IMG/VR virus record: IMGVR_UViG_3300042389_000736 | Location: 1-64,000 of that record | Origin: an uncultured virus (IMG/VR IMGVR_UViG_3300042389_000736) | Lineage: Duplodnaviria; Heunggongvirae; Uroviricota; Caudoviricetes | Strand: one strand, 5' to 3' | DNA: 64,000 nucleotides | Part shown: positions 9,754 through 19,641 of the stretch, one piece after another | Layout: each line of letters starts with the position of its first letter | Position numbering within the stretch: the stretch's first letter is position 1 | Program-made: the position numbers and the translations under genes | The notes under the pieces: model-generated | The model's input: only the letters and a program-made list of their open reading frames with translations | What the model was told of the DNA's origin: nothing | Database searches by the model: none

Positions 9754-10499
9754 CAGTTCAGTCCTTTTAGTTTTTCGACGAGTTCGTCGCGGAACTCGGT
9801 TGTGATGTGAGGGAAGTCGTCGTGCTCGGGGAAGTCGCAGACGTAGCGATGGAAAGCCTCGCAGACGTCCATCCCGTCAAAGATCTTGTGGATCGTGGAG
9901 ACTTGGTCGTAGTTCAGCACCAGTCCGTTGATTTCCTCGGTGAGGTCAGCTCCGCTGGAGATGTACTCTGCGGCAATTTCTTGATAGAACGCGACGAGGC
10001 TGATGTATGTCGGAGAGATCTCCGGGACTTCTTCCTTCAGGCGTGGGAGCATGAAGTCTTTCTTCGTCTCTTTCTTGAACCGCTGGGCGAGATCTTTGCG
10101 CTGGGAGATTGCGGATGCAACCATCATGTCCAGAACGTTGCGGCGGCGGTTGAAGTAGAAGAAGTAGTAGACGAAGCGCATGTCGGACTGCGAGTCTACA
10201 GAGACTGCGGAGGGTTCGATTACTCCTTCGTAGTCCTTGGTGAACTGTTCGTAGATCAGAGTCCACACGGTCTTCTTGAGCTCTTCGAGAGACTCGCGGT
10301 GGTCGTTTTCTTGGGCCACCACGATGGACATGTTGATCTTCTCCAGAATCGCTTCTAGGTAGTCGGTGCTCTGGGTCTCAAGCTGGAGGCTTTTATTGGC
10401 GAGGAACTCCTGAAGCCCCTCGTGCAGAAGGGCGTAGGACTCCTCCATGTAAGCCTCGGGCTCGATGGCGCTAGGGCTCAGGGAGTCGAGATTGCTCAT
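9753..10499 (-). CDS. hypothetical protein
   Basis: 248-aa ORF directly downstream of terminase. Confidence 0.7.
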   Translation of the reverse strand: MSNLDSLSPSAIEPEAYMEESYALLHEGLQEFLANKSLQLETQSTDYLEAILEKINMSIVVAQENDHRESLEELKKTVWTLIYEQFTKDYEGVIEPSAVSVDSQSDMRFVYYFFYFNRRRNVLDMMVASAISQRKDLAQRFKKETKKDFMLPRLKEEVPEISPTYISLVAFYQEIAAEYISSGADLTEEINGLVLNYDQVSTIHKIFDGMDVCEAFHRYVCDFPEHDDFPHITTEFRDELVEKLKGLN

Positions 10500-10501
10500 T
10501 T

Positions 10502-12562
10502 TTATTTCCGTAGAATGCTGAGAGTTGATGTATTAATCACCAGTTCGCGTTTACCGTTCTTGGGTGAGAACTTGTCCTTGGCGTACTTCAATATGTCGAT
10601 ACCACGGTCGTGGAGGTCAATCATTTCTTGAAGAGAGAGACCGGACACGATCTCGGGTGCCTTCTGGACGCGGTTCAGGTCGGCGATCGAGCGCGGGACG
10701 CTCTTCCCTGAAGACACGACCTGCGCGTTTGCCGAAATCGACGAGCTGGTGCGAAGGAAGTGCGAGATCGAGTTACCGTAGGCGACTGCGTAGCGGACGA
10801 AGAGGTATGCGAAGAGAACGTCATCATGGCATCCCCGCTCGTGCTCCACCTTGCCCTTGGAGTCGTACACCAAGGTCTTGACCTCGTCGTACAGATCCTT
10901 GACGCCAAGCAGGTTCGGGTCCTCGTCGACGACCTGAACCAGCAGGTCGATCATCGCATCGCGGGACTGCTGCGTGGTGTTCACGCCGTACGTGATGTTG
11001 TCCTTCTTCGTCCGGTAGAGCTTATCCTTGTCCTTGTCCTTGATAGGGTAATCGTAGAAAAGGTTGTTAGGGATTCTCCGCACCAGATGGTCGACGAGCG
11101 ACTTACCGTAGCTGTTCCGTTCGATCACTAGGACGGAGTCGGTCAGCAGGTTCTTTACCACCCACTCAAGCAGGGACGAGTAGTACGCGAGGTTGATCTT
11201 GTTGTTTCTGAAGATCGCACAGGGGTACATGTCGATCGGATCGACCACGACGAAGGCAGACGAGTCGTTGCCCGTGCCGCCAGAAGTATCGACGCCGATC
11301 AGGTAGCGTTTGCTCTTCTCAAGCGGGCGGTACACCTTGAGCGGGTACTTCTCAAACACCTTCCCGGTCACCACGTCCGGGTCGTCGGTGACGGACATGA
11401 AGACCGTCTCGATCGGCTCCTCGACGAGGTGAGAGTAGATGACGTCCAGCTGCTCTTCAGAGAAGACCGAGTTATCGGAAGCCTTCGTCCATTCAAGGTC
11501 GATCTCTCGGCGGATGACCAGCTGGTCGTTGGTCAGGGCGCGACATTCTTTGTTGTACCAAGCGTCGTCCAACCCAAGCTGCTGCCAAGTGAACTTGATG
11601 TACAAGAAGTCGTTGCTGGAGTTCGCGGTGATGTACGCTCTCGCATCCTCCTGATTCATGTCGTACAGCTCCTCGGTGAACTCGCAGGCCCCCATGATCA
11701 TGGAGTGGCAGTATTCGCCCTCTGCGGAGTCGAGGTTGTTTGGCGTAGTCGTGATAATCTTGGAGAAGGGCTTGCCGTTATCCTTAGCGATCTCGGCGAC
11801 CTTAGACTGCGCGGGGGCAGCAGATTTGTACACGACGCCGTTGTGGCGGAGGAAGGCAAACTCGTCCAGCCAGAGGATCGGGGTGGTCATACCGCGTCCC
11901 TGCTTGTCAGCAGCTTCGTGCGAATTCGGAGAGCCGGAGCACTTGATCGAGTTGTTGCGCTTGGCGTTGATGATGGACTCGATGTTGTTCGTGTCCTCGT
12001 CATTGAAGATTGCTTCCTGCACGTAGTCTGGCAGCAGGCCGCGAATATCCTTCAGGCGCTTGAGGTTGTTGTTCGCGTCAGCCACGCTCTTGTTGGAGAA
12101 CAGCATCTGCGAGTTGGTGGTGCCGAAGTCGTAGATCCAAGCGAGGATCGCAGCCACCGACATGGTCTTGCCCTTCTGCCGTGGCAGCAGAAGGATCGGA
12201 TTGAAATTGTTCAGCACAGCCCAGACCACGGCAAGGTTGCCGCGATGGAGCTCAAACCGAAGGGCCTTACCCGGAGCCGGGATGCGGGCCACCTCTCTCA
12301 GGAAGTACCAAGGATTGCGGACGATCTCAGTGATGACCCTTGCTTTCTCGTCCCTGGTGATGCGCTTGTTGTGCGGATCGACATTCATCAGGCTCTTGTC
12401 GTACAGGCGCAGGAAGAACTTGTTGTTCGATACCCCCTGTTCCTTCAGGTGCTTAAAGAGCTTGACAAACGATATGTTCTTCGTTGTCGTATGAATGGTG
12501 TAGTCGTCGTACACCACTTTGCCGAAGTAAGGATCAACCTCACTCCGCTTTTTGGCCGTCAT
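10502..12562 (-). CDS. terL: terminase large subunit
   Basis: Walker A LPRQKGKT, Walker B WLDEFAF, TTT motif C, RNase H-like GVDTSGGTGNDSS and HDD; GGAG RBS before ATG 12562. Confidence 0.92.
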   Translation of the reverse strand: MTAKKRSEVDPYFGKVVYDDYTIHTTTKNISFVKLFKHLKEQGVSNNKFFLRLYDKSLMNVDPHNKRITRDEKARVITEIVRNPWYFLREVARIPAPGKALRFELHRGNLAVVWAVLNNFNPILLLPRQKGKTMSVAAILAWIYDFGTTNSQMLFSNKSVADANNNLKRLKDIRGLLPDYVQEAIFNDEDTNNIESIINAKRNNSIKCSGSPNSHEAADKQGRGMTTPILWLDEFAFLRHNGVVYKSAAPAQSKVAEIAKDNGKPFSKIITTTPNNLDSAEGEYCHSMIMGACEFTEELYDMNQEDARAYITANSSNDFLYIKFTWQQLGLDDAWYNKECRALTNDQLVIRREIDLEWTKASDNSVFSEEQLDVIYSHLVEEPIETVFMSVTDDPDVVTGKVFEKYPLKVYRPLEKSKRYLIGVDTSGGTGNDSSAFVVVDPIDMYPCAIFRNNKINLAYYSSLLEWVVKNLLTDSVLVIERNSYGKSLVDHLVRRIPNNLFYDYPIKDKDKDKLYRTKKDNITYGVNTTQQSRDAMIDLLVQVVDEDPNLLGVKDLYDEVKTLVYDSKGKVEHERGCHDDVLFAYLFVRYAVAYGNSISHFLRTSSSISANAQVVSSGKSVPRSIADLNRVQKAPEIVSGLSLQEMIDLHDRGIDILKYAKDKFSPKNGKRELVINTSTLSILRK

Positions 12563-12572
12563 GGTTACTCCG

Positions 12573-12610
12573 AAAAAAAAAGAGGACACTATCTAAGTGT
12601 CCTCTTTCTC
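12573..12610 (-). terminator. intrinsic terminator containing the terminase late promoter
   Basis: AAAGAGGACAC-TATCTAA-GTGTCCTCTTT with A9 tract; GACA-CTTAGA-TAG on the minus strand at 12589-12601. Confidence 0.75.
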
Positions 12611-12618
12611 GCAGAGGT

Positions 12619-12864
12619 TTACGCCTCTACGTGGAACATCCCGTCGCCTTGTGGGCAAAGGTCATCCAGTTCGTCGAGCTGAGAATCGAAGAATTCCTTG
12701 AAGGCTTTTTCGGCCTTCTGGACCATGCGCTTCACACCCGACATCGAGTCACGGCGCTTCTTCTTCGGCGCTTCAGTCTTGATACCCCAGTACTCCGGCA
12801 TCTCCTGAAGCATCTCTTGCTGTTCGATCTCGTAAGTCGCCTTGGCTACCATCGATGCGTCCAT
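12619..12864 (-). CDS. small hypothetical protein
   Basis: 81 aa, AAGGAG RBS. Confidence 0.65.
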   Translation of the reverse strand: MDASMVAKATYEIEQQEMLQEMPEYWGIKTEAPKKKRRDSMSGVKRMVQKAEKAFKEFFDSQLDELDDLCPQGDGMFHVEA

Positions 12865-12878
12865 CTCTGGTCTCCTTC

Positions 12879-13073
12879 TCAGTGGCGAGTTTGATTCAGT
12901 TCGACTTCCAGATAGCTCTGGACGTCAGACATCTTCTCTTCGCCGTCGAAGACGAACTGTTGCCCCGCGATCTCAACGATCACGCTGCTGCTTTCCGCCG
13001 GGAAAGTCATGGTGCCTTTGAGTGCCCCGATTTTGATCTTGGTGACCAAGTCTTTTTGTTGTACTGTTGCCAT
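12879..13073 (-). CDS. small hypothetical protein
   Basis: 64 aa, AAGGA RBS, AT-rich promoter-like element at 13124-13136. Confidence 0.6.
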   Translation of the reverse strand: MATVQQKDLVTKIKIGALKGTMTFPAESSSVIVEIAGQQFVFDGEEKMSDVQSYLEVELNQTRH

Positions 13074-13205
13074 TTCAAGGATTCCTTTGCAAAGAAAGGT
13101 ATCGATAACGCACCGATACCACGATAATAATATCTCCGAATCTGACGGGCAGTTACGGTAAAAGAAAAAAAGAACAGCGGATGCCGCAATGGCATCCGCT
13201 TCTTG

Positions 13206-13826
13206 TTACACCGTCTCGGTGTGCTCTTGGTGGTAGTGATCGCGGATCACAGAAATCTTGGCAAGGTAGTCGACAATCGTTCTCGGATTGACGTACTTAC
13301 CGTTCCCGTTCCGCCAGATCGCGTTAGCCATCTGGAGCACTTGGCGCTCCTTGGTGATGAAGTCGTCGTCGCGACCGATCCGAGCCATGCGGTCTTCCAC
13401 GCTCAGCTCTTCGTAGTTGACGTCGAGGCCGATCGTCACGATGTTGTAACCAGAGGCAATGTGGTTGTTGCGCTGGTTCTTTTCCAGCAGATCCTGCAGA
13501 CCCTCTTCGGCGAGGATGATGGTGGCAATCTTGCCGTCCACGAAGTCGGGGAGTGAACCGTACAGGTCCTTGAAGATGGATCCGGGATTGGTGCCGAGTA
13601 CCCCGATCAGGTCGTCCTGCAGGTACCCGAAGGTTTGGCGCTGGATGAAGATGTAGGGGTCGCCTTGGCGCTCACCGGGGCGCATGGCGCGGGTGGAGAA
13701 CTGCTGCAGCTTGTAGAACAGCTCCGGATAGTCAGAGATGAGGTTCTTTTCGAGGGTGCTCTTGCCAGAGCCGGAGACGCCGACGATCGCGAGGATGGTG
13801 GGCTTGAGAATCGAGAAGTGTTCCAT
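13206..13826 (-). CDS. guanylate kinase-like nucleoside monophosphate kinase
   Basis: P-loop GVSGSGKST and STRAMRPGERQGDPYIF (Gmk TTR..RPGE..G.DY.F motif). Confidence 0.85.
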   Translation of the reverse strand: MEHFSILKPTILAIVGVSGSGKSTLEKNLISDYPELFYKLQQFSTRAMRPGERQGDPYIFIQRQTFGYLQDDLIGVLGTNPGSIFKDLYGSLPDFVDGKIATIILAEEGLQDLLEKNQRNNHIASGYNIVTIGLDVNYEELSVEDRMARIGRDDDFITKERQVLQMANAIWRNGNGKYVNPRTIVDYLAKISVIRDHYHQEHTETV

Positions 13827-13858
13827 CTGGGTTTCCTTTCACATTAGAGGACACATTC

Positions 13859-13923
13859 ATTATATATCCTAAAACGCTGTTTAGCTTTATGACGAATCTG
13901 CAAATGCGTCCCTCATATATGAT
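13859..13923. promoter_or_regulatory. divergent early-type promoters ATATATNAT
   Basis: gATATATaAT (-) at 13859-13868 and cATATATgAT (+) at 13914-13923; the motif recurs at 26726(-), 33370(-), 34465(-), 38729(+), 47882(-) and 63745(+). Confidence 0.7.
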
Positions 13924-13955
13924 GCTTATGAGATTAAACCTATATGGGGTGTACA

Positions 13956-14219
13956 ATGAACAACTCGCAAATCGTTTCGTTCGAAGTAACAGAAGGTGAA
14001 CTTCTGGAGATCATGACGCGCTCGGCTTCTCAAGAGACTCTTAAGAGACTGAACCGTGTGCGCAGCCAGATGGCCGATCTAGCCAGACAGGAAGCAGAAC
14101 TTCTTGAGAGCCTTCAGAGAGACCGCCTCCGCTTGGATCAATTAGAGCGCCGCAACCAGCTGAATCGCGACATCACCAGGACAATTACGTATGATGCAAT
14201 GGCACGTCGCCGCTTCTGA
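13956..14219 (+). CDS. coiled-coil hypothetical protein
   Basis: ORF 13944..14219; ATG 13956 follows GGGGTG; ATATATNAT motif upstream. Confidence 0.6.
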   Translation: MNNSQIVSFEVTEGELLEIMTRSASQETLKRLNRVRSQMADLARQEAELLESLQRDRLRLDQLERRNQLNRDITRTITYDAMARRRF

Positions 14220-14224
14220 TGTAA

Positions 14225-14266
14225 GAAAAATCACCGGACATTACTATAGTACGGTGATTTTTTTTT
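14225..14266 (+). terminator. intrinsic terminator containing a late promoter
   Basis: AAAAATCACCG...CGGTGATTTTTTTTT; GACA-TTACTA-TAG at 14237-14249 in the loop. Confidence 0.75.
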
Positions 14267-14277
14267 GAGAGGTTATC

Positions 14278-14610
14278 ATGGGTACGCTAAGAGAACTTGG
14301 GTCGAAGCTCGACCATTCCATCAGAGAGGTGAACAGCCCTCACTGGTCTTTGACTAAGCTGGGCATGCTGTTCTTCCTTTTTCCGTCCATCACCGGCGTC
14401 TTCATCTACGACGCCATCATCAATAAGCGCATGGACTGGATGAACACCGCCATCTTCATCACTGGCATCGTGACTCCCCGTCTCATCAGCCAGATCCTTG
14501 CAGCTCGCTTCGGCTATCAAGGGAAAAACGGCGAGAAGCTGGACGGAGACAACTCCATTGACGCCAGCCCTAAAGATGAAGGCGTCGTCGAACAAGCTGA
14601 GAAGAAGTAA
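14278..14610 (+). CDS. two-TM membrane protein, possible holin
   Basis: 110 aa, two hydrophobic segments, charged C-terminus, late promoter. Confidence 0.45.
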   Translation: MGTLRELGSKLDHSIREVNSPHWSLTKLGMLFFLFPSITGVFIYDAIINKRMDWMNTAIFITGIVTPRLISQILAARFGYQGKNGEKLDGDNSIDASPKDEGVVEQAEKK

Positions 14611-14670
14611 TTAAAACCCCCATACCCGCGAAGGGTATGGGGATCTAACGCTGAAGGTCACCAGAGGCGA

Positions 14671-15081
14671 TTACTTCTTGGCGACGGGCTTCTTGGTCGG
14701 CAGCTTCGGAGCGACCTTCTTGACCGGAGCAGCTTCAGCCTTGGCGGCGGGCTTGGCAGCAGCCTTGGCCGGAGCCTTCTTGGCCTTCTTCTCGGAGTCC
14801 AGAACGCGGACGGCCTTGGCGACCTTGAACTTCAGGGTGCTGTAGGCTTCGACGGCGACGGTCTCGCCGGTACGGGGGTTGATGCGATCGCGAGCCGGGT
14901 TGTGAGCCCAACGGAAGGTGCCCAGCTTGGTGCGGACGCTTTCCTTCTCTTGGCAGACAGCCAGCAGGCCGGACAGGGTGGCTTCCACGTACTGTTCGGT
15001 TTCCTTCTTGTTGGCGGTCACACCGGCCTTGGCCAGCTCGGCTTGAACGGAGGCGATCAGATCGTCTTTGATGGCAGACAT
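14671..15081 (-). CDS. HU/IHF family DNA-binding protein with a Lys/Ala/Pro-rich histone-H1-like tail
   Basis: LGTF...PARDRINPRTGETV...LKFKVAK HU signature followed by KKAKKAPAKAAAKPAAK. Confidence 0.88.
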   Translation of the reverse strand: MSAIKDDLIASVQAELAKAGVTANKKETEQYVEATLSGLLAVCQEKESVRTKLGTFRWAHNPARDRINPRTGETVAVEAYSTLKFKVAKAVRVLDSEKKAKKAPAKAAAKPAAKAEAAPVKKVAPKLPTKKPVAKK

Positions 15082-15322
15082 GCTTTTATCCTTTTTGGAA
15101 ATTGATGAAACGGGTGAGTTGTGAAGTGGTGCCCGTTGCCCTTACGGTCTATTGGGCGACCACAGGCTACTATTATGTTAGGCTTGCGCGGCATCGAAAA
15201 AGTCCGAACTAAGTACCGAAACTAGTTATGACCAATGAGATTGCGTGGCGCAAATCTGGTCTCATCAAGAAAAATGACGGAATGGCCGAAAATGGCCATT
15301 CCGCAGTTCACAAACATTCTTT

Positions 15323-15970
15323 TCAGTCCGCGAGCAGATGAGTCTCGATGATTTCCAGCAGGGTCTTCTTGCTGATGTTGCGTTCCGTCTCGATCTGCTT
15401 GACGATCTCGTCCGGCAGCGAGGCGGTCAGCGCCTTCAGGAACTTCAGCAGTTCTGCCTTGGTGTAGACGGCATACTGATCTGCAGTTAGAAGGTGGAGG
15501 CTGATGGAGTCGTCAGAGGTCTCGATGGTGTCCAGCAGACTTTCGGGGAGCTTGACTTCCTCTTCAGCCTGCTCTTCGGGAGCAGATTCCTCTTCAGAGG
15601 ATTCCTCTTCGGAAGGAGCATCCTCTTCGGATTTTTCTTCCTCGGAAGGTTGCTCTTCCTCGGTCGATTCTTGCTGCTCCGGCTGCTCTACCACTTCGGT
15701 CTGAGACGCTGCTTCTTCAACAACGGTCTCTTCGACCTTTTCTTCGAACACTTCAGGAGCCTTTACTGCCTCGGTGTGATCGATGTTCTCGATGCCACCA
15801 TCGGCGTAAACTACCTGCTTCACGATGACCTCGAAACCGTTCTCGGTCAGGAAGCGGTACTCACTCTTGGGAATGGTGACGTTGTGCAGAGGTCCAGTAC
15901 GGCGGAAATACCCAACGAATTTGTTGTCAAGGATGTCCACCTTCAGGAATGTGATTTTCGAAAGATCCAT
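15323..15970 (-). CDS. acidic low-complexity hypothetical protein
   Basis: 215 aa with central Glu/Ser-rich repeats (SEEEKSEEDAPSEEESSEEE). Confidence 0.7.
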   Translation of the reverse strand: MDLSKITFLKVDILDNKFVGYFRRTGPLHNVTIPKSEYRFLTENGFEVIVKQVVYADGGIENIDHTEAVKAPEVFEEKVEETVVEEAASQTEVVEQPEQQESTEEEQPSEEEKSEEDAPSEEESSEEESAPEEQAEEEVKLPESLLDTIETSDDSISLHLLTADQYAVYTKAELLKFLKALTASLPDEIVKQIETERNISKKTLLEIIETHLLAD

Positions 15971-16043
15971 TTGTTTTCCTTTGGGTTAGAAACGATCTTA
16001 CTGTGCGATGACAGTAAGATCGTTCCGTGAATCAAACCGTTGA

Positions 16044-16955
16044 TCAGTCTTCGCTGTCGTCGCCGGTGGAGTCGTCGCTTGCCAACTCGTCGATGCTGGA
16101 CAGGAAGTCGTCCTCATCGAAGTTGTCGGGCAGGTCGCCGCCTTCGTCATCGTCACAACCTTCGTCGTCGATGTCATCGTCATCTTCGACGCCGTCATCA
16201 TCGGTGGGCAGGTCGTTGTTGTCGGTGATCGCGTTGTCCGCAGATTCGCCGAGCAGGTAGCTCAGATAAGCGGGACCATTCAGGGTCTCGCCGAGGTTGT
16301 CGGCGGTCTTCAGGGTGTCGTTCTGATGGGTACCGACGGGGTGATCGACGGTTGTCTCGATGCTGTTCTCTTCAGCACTGCCTTCTTTATCGTTGACTTC
16401 GTCAGCAACGTTGGATGCAGTGATCTTGCCAGCAATCAGGTCATCCAGTTCGATCGGAACGCCAGCAGCTTCAGCATGTTTGGTGGAAACGCTGCGGCGA
16501 AGAGTGTTGCCGCCAGTCAGAATCTCATCGAAGCTCGTCGGCATGTCATTGAACTGCACGGAGAGATCGGAGTTGATGGAATCGGCGCTATTACGAACCA
16601 CAAAATCGTGGTTCAGCTGACCGGGGCCACCGGGAATCATCGCTTCGTTCAGGTCCTTGTCACCTTCGGAAGCATGGCCACCGTGGTTGTCCGGATCATA
16701 CAGATCGGCGAGGTCGTCGTTGGTGATGCCAGCGATCTGGTCTTGGTTGAAGAATTGGTACTTGTCGAAGTCACCGACGCCGCCGAGTTCCTTGACGGAG
16801 TTCGGGTTAACCGGCAGGTCAGCGGTTTCGACGAGGAAGGCCATGTCGGAAACGTCGCAGATCGCTTCTTCCACGGAGAGGGTCTCTCTCAGGGACAGTT
16901 CGGCGAGTTCAGCTTCGCTGAGGACATCGATCTTCTCTTTCAAAAGTGTGCTCAT
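16044..16955 (-). CDS. highly acidic late protein, probable head core/scaffold or internal head protein
   Basis: 303 aa, Asp-rich C-terminus, several L-x-E sites, late promoter at 17001-17013. Confidence 0.55.
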   Translation of the reverse strand: MSTLLKEKIDVLSEAELAELSLRETLSVEEAICDVSDMAFLVETADLPVNPNSVKELGGVGDFDKYQFFNQDQIAGITNDDLADLYDPDNHGGHASEGDKDLNEAMIPGGPGQLNHDFVVRNSADSINSDLSVQFNDMPTSFDEILTGGNTLRRSVSTKHAEAAGVPIELDDLIAGKITASNVADEVNDKEGSAEENSIETTVDHPVGTHQNDTLKTADNLGETLNGPAYLSYLLGESADNAITDNNDLPTDDDGVEDDDDIDDEGCDDDEGGDLPDNFDEDDFLSSIDELASDDSTGDDSED

Positions 16956-17022
16956 GTTTGATTTCCTTGTGAACTTAAGGCGGGAGCCAATAGAGAAATT
17001 CTAAATTTCTGTTTGGCGAAAT

Positions 17023-18261
17023 TCAGTTTACGTTGGGTCTGCCAATGATCTCCTTGCGATAGTGTTTGATCGCATAGAGAACCAGCGGTACGACCCGGTA
17101 ATCATCGACTGACTCCTCAGTGTCGTCGAGATCTTGGAGCAACTCGGAGAAGTTCTCCTTGTTGTAGTAGGCGTTGAGGTAGCGCACGACAAACGTCTGA
17201 AGCTTTCCGAGGTCCGTTGTGTCGTTTGCTTTGATTTTCGATATGAGCTCCGGAGAGAATGGAGAGATGACGATGTCCTCGGGTCTCTCGACCGCGCCGC
17301 TCTCCAGAGGCGTGGCTAAATAATGGTTCGTCTTCGAGAACCAATCTTGAGAGTACCTGGATGCACCGCACCCGACAACTACATACCGCGTCTCGGTGTT
17401 TGTAGAGTCGATATCGACTCCACTGGAAGGGGCCTTCTCGGCAAAGGAGTACAGAGACTTCTTGTAGCGAGAGGGCTTCACCTTCTTCAAGATGTCAAGG
17501 TCGAGGTACTTGAACCGTCTGTAGATCTTGAAGCTTTCCTCCAGCTTGTTATGGAGCACGAAGTAGTTCAGCATGACGTCGATGATCGGACGACCGAGCG
17601 GATCCGACTCACTGTCAACGTAGCAGCTGGTCTCCTTCGAGTAGTAGGTGTCGTCGTAACGCTCCAAGAGCGAGTCGTACACACCCTCCATCGCAAGGTA
17701 GAGATCGAAGTCGGTGCGCTTGATGATCGGGTTCGAGGTCTTGCCGATCAAGTTGTAGTCCACCGTGTATTCTTCGGCCACCTGTTCCTCGACGTCCTCG
17801 ATGTTGAAGGACGAGAGTTTGAAGGTGATCTTGAAGTACTTCGAGTTGTTGTAATTGTCTTGTTCGACGTCTGTGACGATGAAGACCTTCCGCTCGTTCT
17901 GGTATTCGATCTCGAATACGTCGTCGGAGCTAGGGACGATTGTGTCCGGAAGGATGATCGCGGAGGACGACACGTTGCCCACGACGCCGAAGTCGGTGAT
18001 CTCGGTGCCGAACGAGGCGTTCTCCACCTTGTAAATCGGCAGGTTGTCGATCTGGTCGAACTCGACTGGAGAGTCGGCTCCGATCACTTCGTTGATGTTC
18101 TCCAGCCCTCTGTCGTACGTGCTCTTGAGATGGTTCTTCGAGAAGTACGTGCAGAACGTCGGAGCGGAGTTCAGGAAGGTCGAGTAGTCCTTCGTCGCTT
18201 GCTCGATGTAGTGCCGGACGTTGGCGTTCGTGACCCTCGTGTTGGGTAGAATTCTTCCCAT
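17023..18261 (-). CDS. virion structural protein, possibly neck/head-tail connector
   Basis: 412 aa, late promoter at 18282-18294; ILPDTIVPSSDDVF motif resembles jumbo phage neck proteins. Confidence 0.5.
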   Translation of the reverse strand: MGRILPNTRVTNANVRHYIEQATKDYSTFLNSAPTFCTYFSKNHLKSTYDRGLENINEVIGADSPVEFDQIDNLPIYKVENASFGTEITDFGVVGNVSSSAIILPDTIVPSSDDVFEIEYQNERKVFIVTDVEQDNYNNSKYFKITFKLSSFNIEDVEEQVAEEYTVDYNLIGKTSNPIIKRTDFDLYLAMEGVYDSLLERYDDTYYSKETSCYVDSESDPLGRPIIDVMLNYFVLHNKLEESFKIYRRFKYLDLDILKKVKPSRYKKSLYSFAEKAPSSGVDIDSTNTETRYVVVGCGASRYSQDWFSKTNHYLATPLESGAVERPEDIVISPFSPELISKIKANDTTDLGKLQTFVVRYLNAYYNKENFSELLQDLDDTEESVDDYRVVPLVLYAIKHYRKEIIGRPNVN

Positions 18262-18353
18262 GCAGGATCTCCTGATGATAGCTATTTTCTTGTTGAACGA
18301 ACGAAGAAAAAGAAGCTCCCCATAGGCGCACGATGACGCCTATGGGTAAGCCT

Positions 18354-18500
18354 TCAGCCGTTCAGAATGAAGCGTTGGTCTTCACTCTTCTTCTCTTCAT
18401 TCTCCTGCAAGAGGCCGTCCGCTTGTTCGTTCAGACCGTTTTTCTTCTCGGTCTGCATCAGGCCCTCGTTGAAGGGCATCTCCGGAACTTCGTTGCTCAT
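18354..18500 (-). CDS. 48-aa peptide (below the ORF track cutoff)
   Basis: MSNEVPEMPFNEGLMQTEKKNGLNEQADGLLQENEEKKSEDQRFILNG; ATGA overlap with the upstream stop, AAGGA RBS, followed by a terminator hairpin. Confidence 0.6.
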   Translation of the reverse strand: MSNEVPEMPFNEGLMQTEKKNGLNEQADGLLQENEEKKSEDQRFILNG

Positions 18501-18985
18501 GATTTTTCCTTGATGTTCAGTATTTCTTCGCAGCGGTCAGAAAGCTTCCCAATCCTCACCAGCAGCACAGATATGTCGTCGTACAGATCGACTCCGTGTC
18601 GGTAGAACGACTGGAACTCCTCGTAGATGAACTCGTTGGAGTTGTGGACGATGCTCTTTGCCTGCTGACTCTTGCTCTTGAAGGAGCTAAGCCATCCAGT
18701 GTAAGCTCCGGCCCACTTGTCGACGAAGAGGTTGATCTCGATGATGAGGTCGAGCACCTCTCTGATGACGGTTGCTTCCTCCTTGGAGAACGCTCTGGAC
18801 GCGTCTACCCCGTGGAGCGACTTTCTCAGAGCTTCCACGTACGGGAAGCAGTTATTGATAAATTCGAGGAAGTTGATTGACCCCCTCGGATTCATGCCGC
18901 CGAAGCGGGTGGTCGAGTCCAAATAGATCGACCAAAGGAGAGACCTCGTTCGAGACCTCCCCTTCAACCAGTTCCAAAATTTCAT
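18497..18985 (-). CDS. hypothetical protein
   Basis: 162 aa, TAATG coupling to the upstream gene. Confidence 0.7.
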   Translation of the reverse strand: MKFWNWLKGRSRTRSLLWSIYLDSTTRFGGMNPRGSINFLEFINNCFPYVEALRKSLHGVDASRAFSKEEATVIREVLDLIIEINLFVDKWAGAYTGWLSSFKSKSQQAKSIVHNSNEFIYEEFQSFYRHGVDLYDDISVLLVRIGKLSDRCEEILNIKEKS

Positions 18986-19641
18986 TACTCTTCCTCAGTT
19001 ACCTTTCTGGATGACGATGAACCCTTCCTCCTGCGTCCGGGCAGTGCTGCGGTGAGCATCATCAGGCTGTCGAAGTCCAGCTTCCGAAGCTTGTATTCGA
19101 CGGCTCTGATGATTCTCAGCGGCAAGAAGACGAGTTCCTCTTTAGACCCGATGAAGATGTTGACGCCCTGTTGGACCTCTCCGGTCTTTGGGTCCTCGCT
19201 GACGGCAAAGGAGATCATGATCGCCTTGCCTTCTTCATTGGACACCTTCTCTTTGATCGACTTGAACTCTTCGTTCACGAAGCACTCGTATCCGTGATCG
19301 CTGTCTTCGACTTCGCCGAAGACTTCGTTGTCTCGCATCACGATCATGAAGTTCTTGAATGCTTCGCATAGGTCGACGATGGTCGTGCAAGAGAAAGCTA
19401 TTTCGCTGCCCTTGACTTGTCTCTTCTTTTCCGGGTCGTAAGACTCGTATCCGAAGATCAAGTAAGAGCTGTAGTTGTATGTGTCGTACACGTTCCCGTT
19501 GTCGGAAGCGAACGAGTATGACGGCCCGAAGTCGGACGAGTCAGACTTGACTACAAACTTGAGCCGCAGGTTGGAGTACCGGAATAGTGGTACTGTTTTG
19601 GAGTGCCATGTCTTGTTTGATGCCATCGTAGTCCTTCCCAT
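18985..19641 (-). CDS. hypothetical protein
   Basis: 218-aa ORF in the helicase operon. Confidence 0.7.
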   Translation of the reverse strand: MGRTTMASNKTWHSKTVPLFRYSNLRLKFVVKSDSSDFGPSYSFASDNGNVYDTYNYSSYLIFGYESYDPEKKRQVKGSEIAFSCTTIVDLCEAFKNFMIVMRDNEVFGEVEDSDHGYECFVNEEFKSIKEKVSNEEGKAIMISFAVSEDPKTGEVQQGVNIFIGSKEELVFLPLRIIRAVEYKLRKLDFDSLMMLTAALPGRRRKGSSSSRKVTEEE

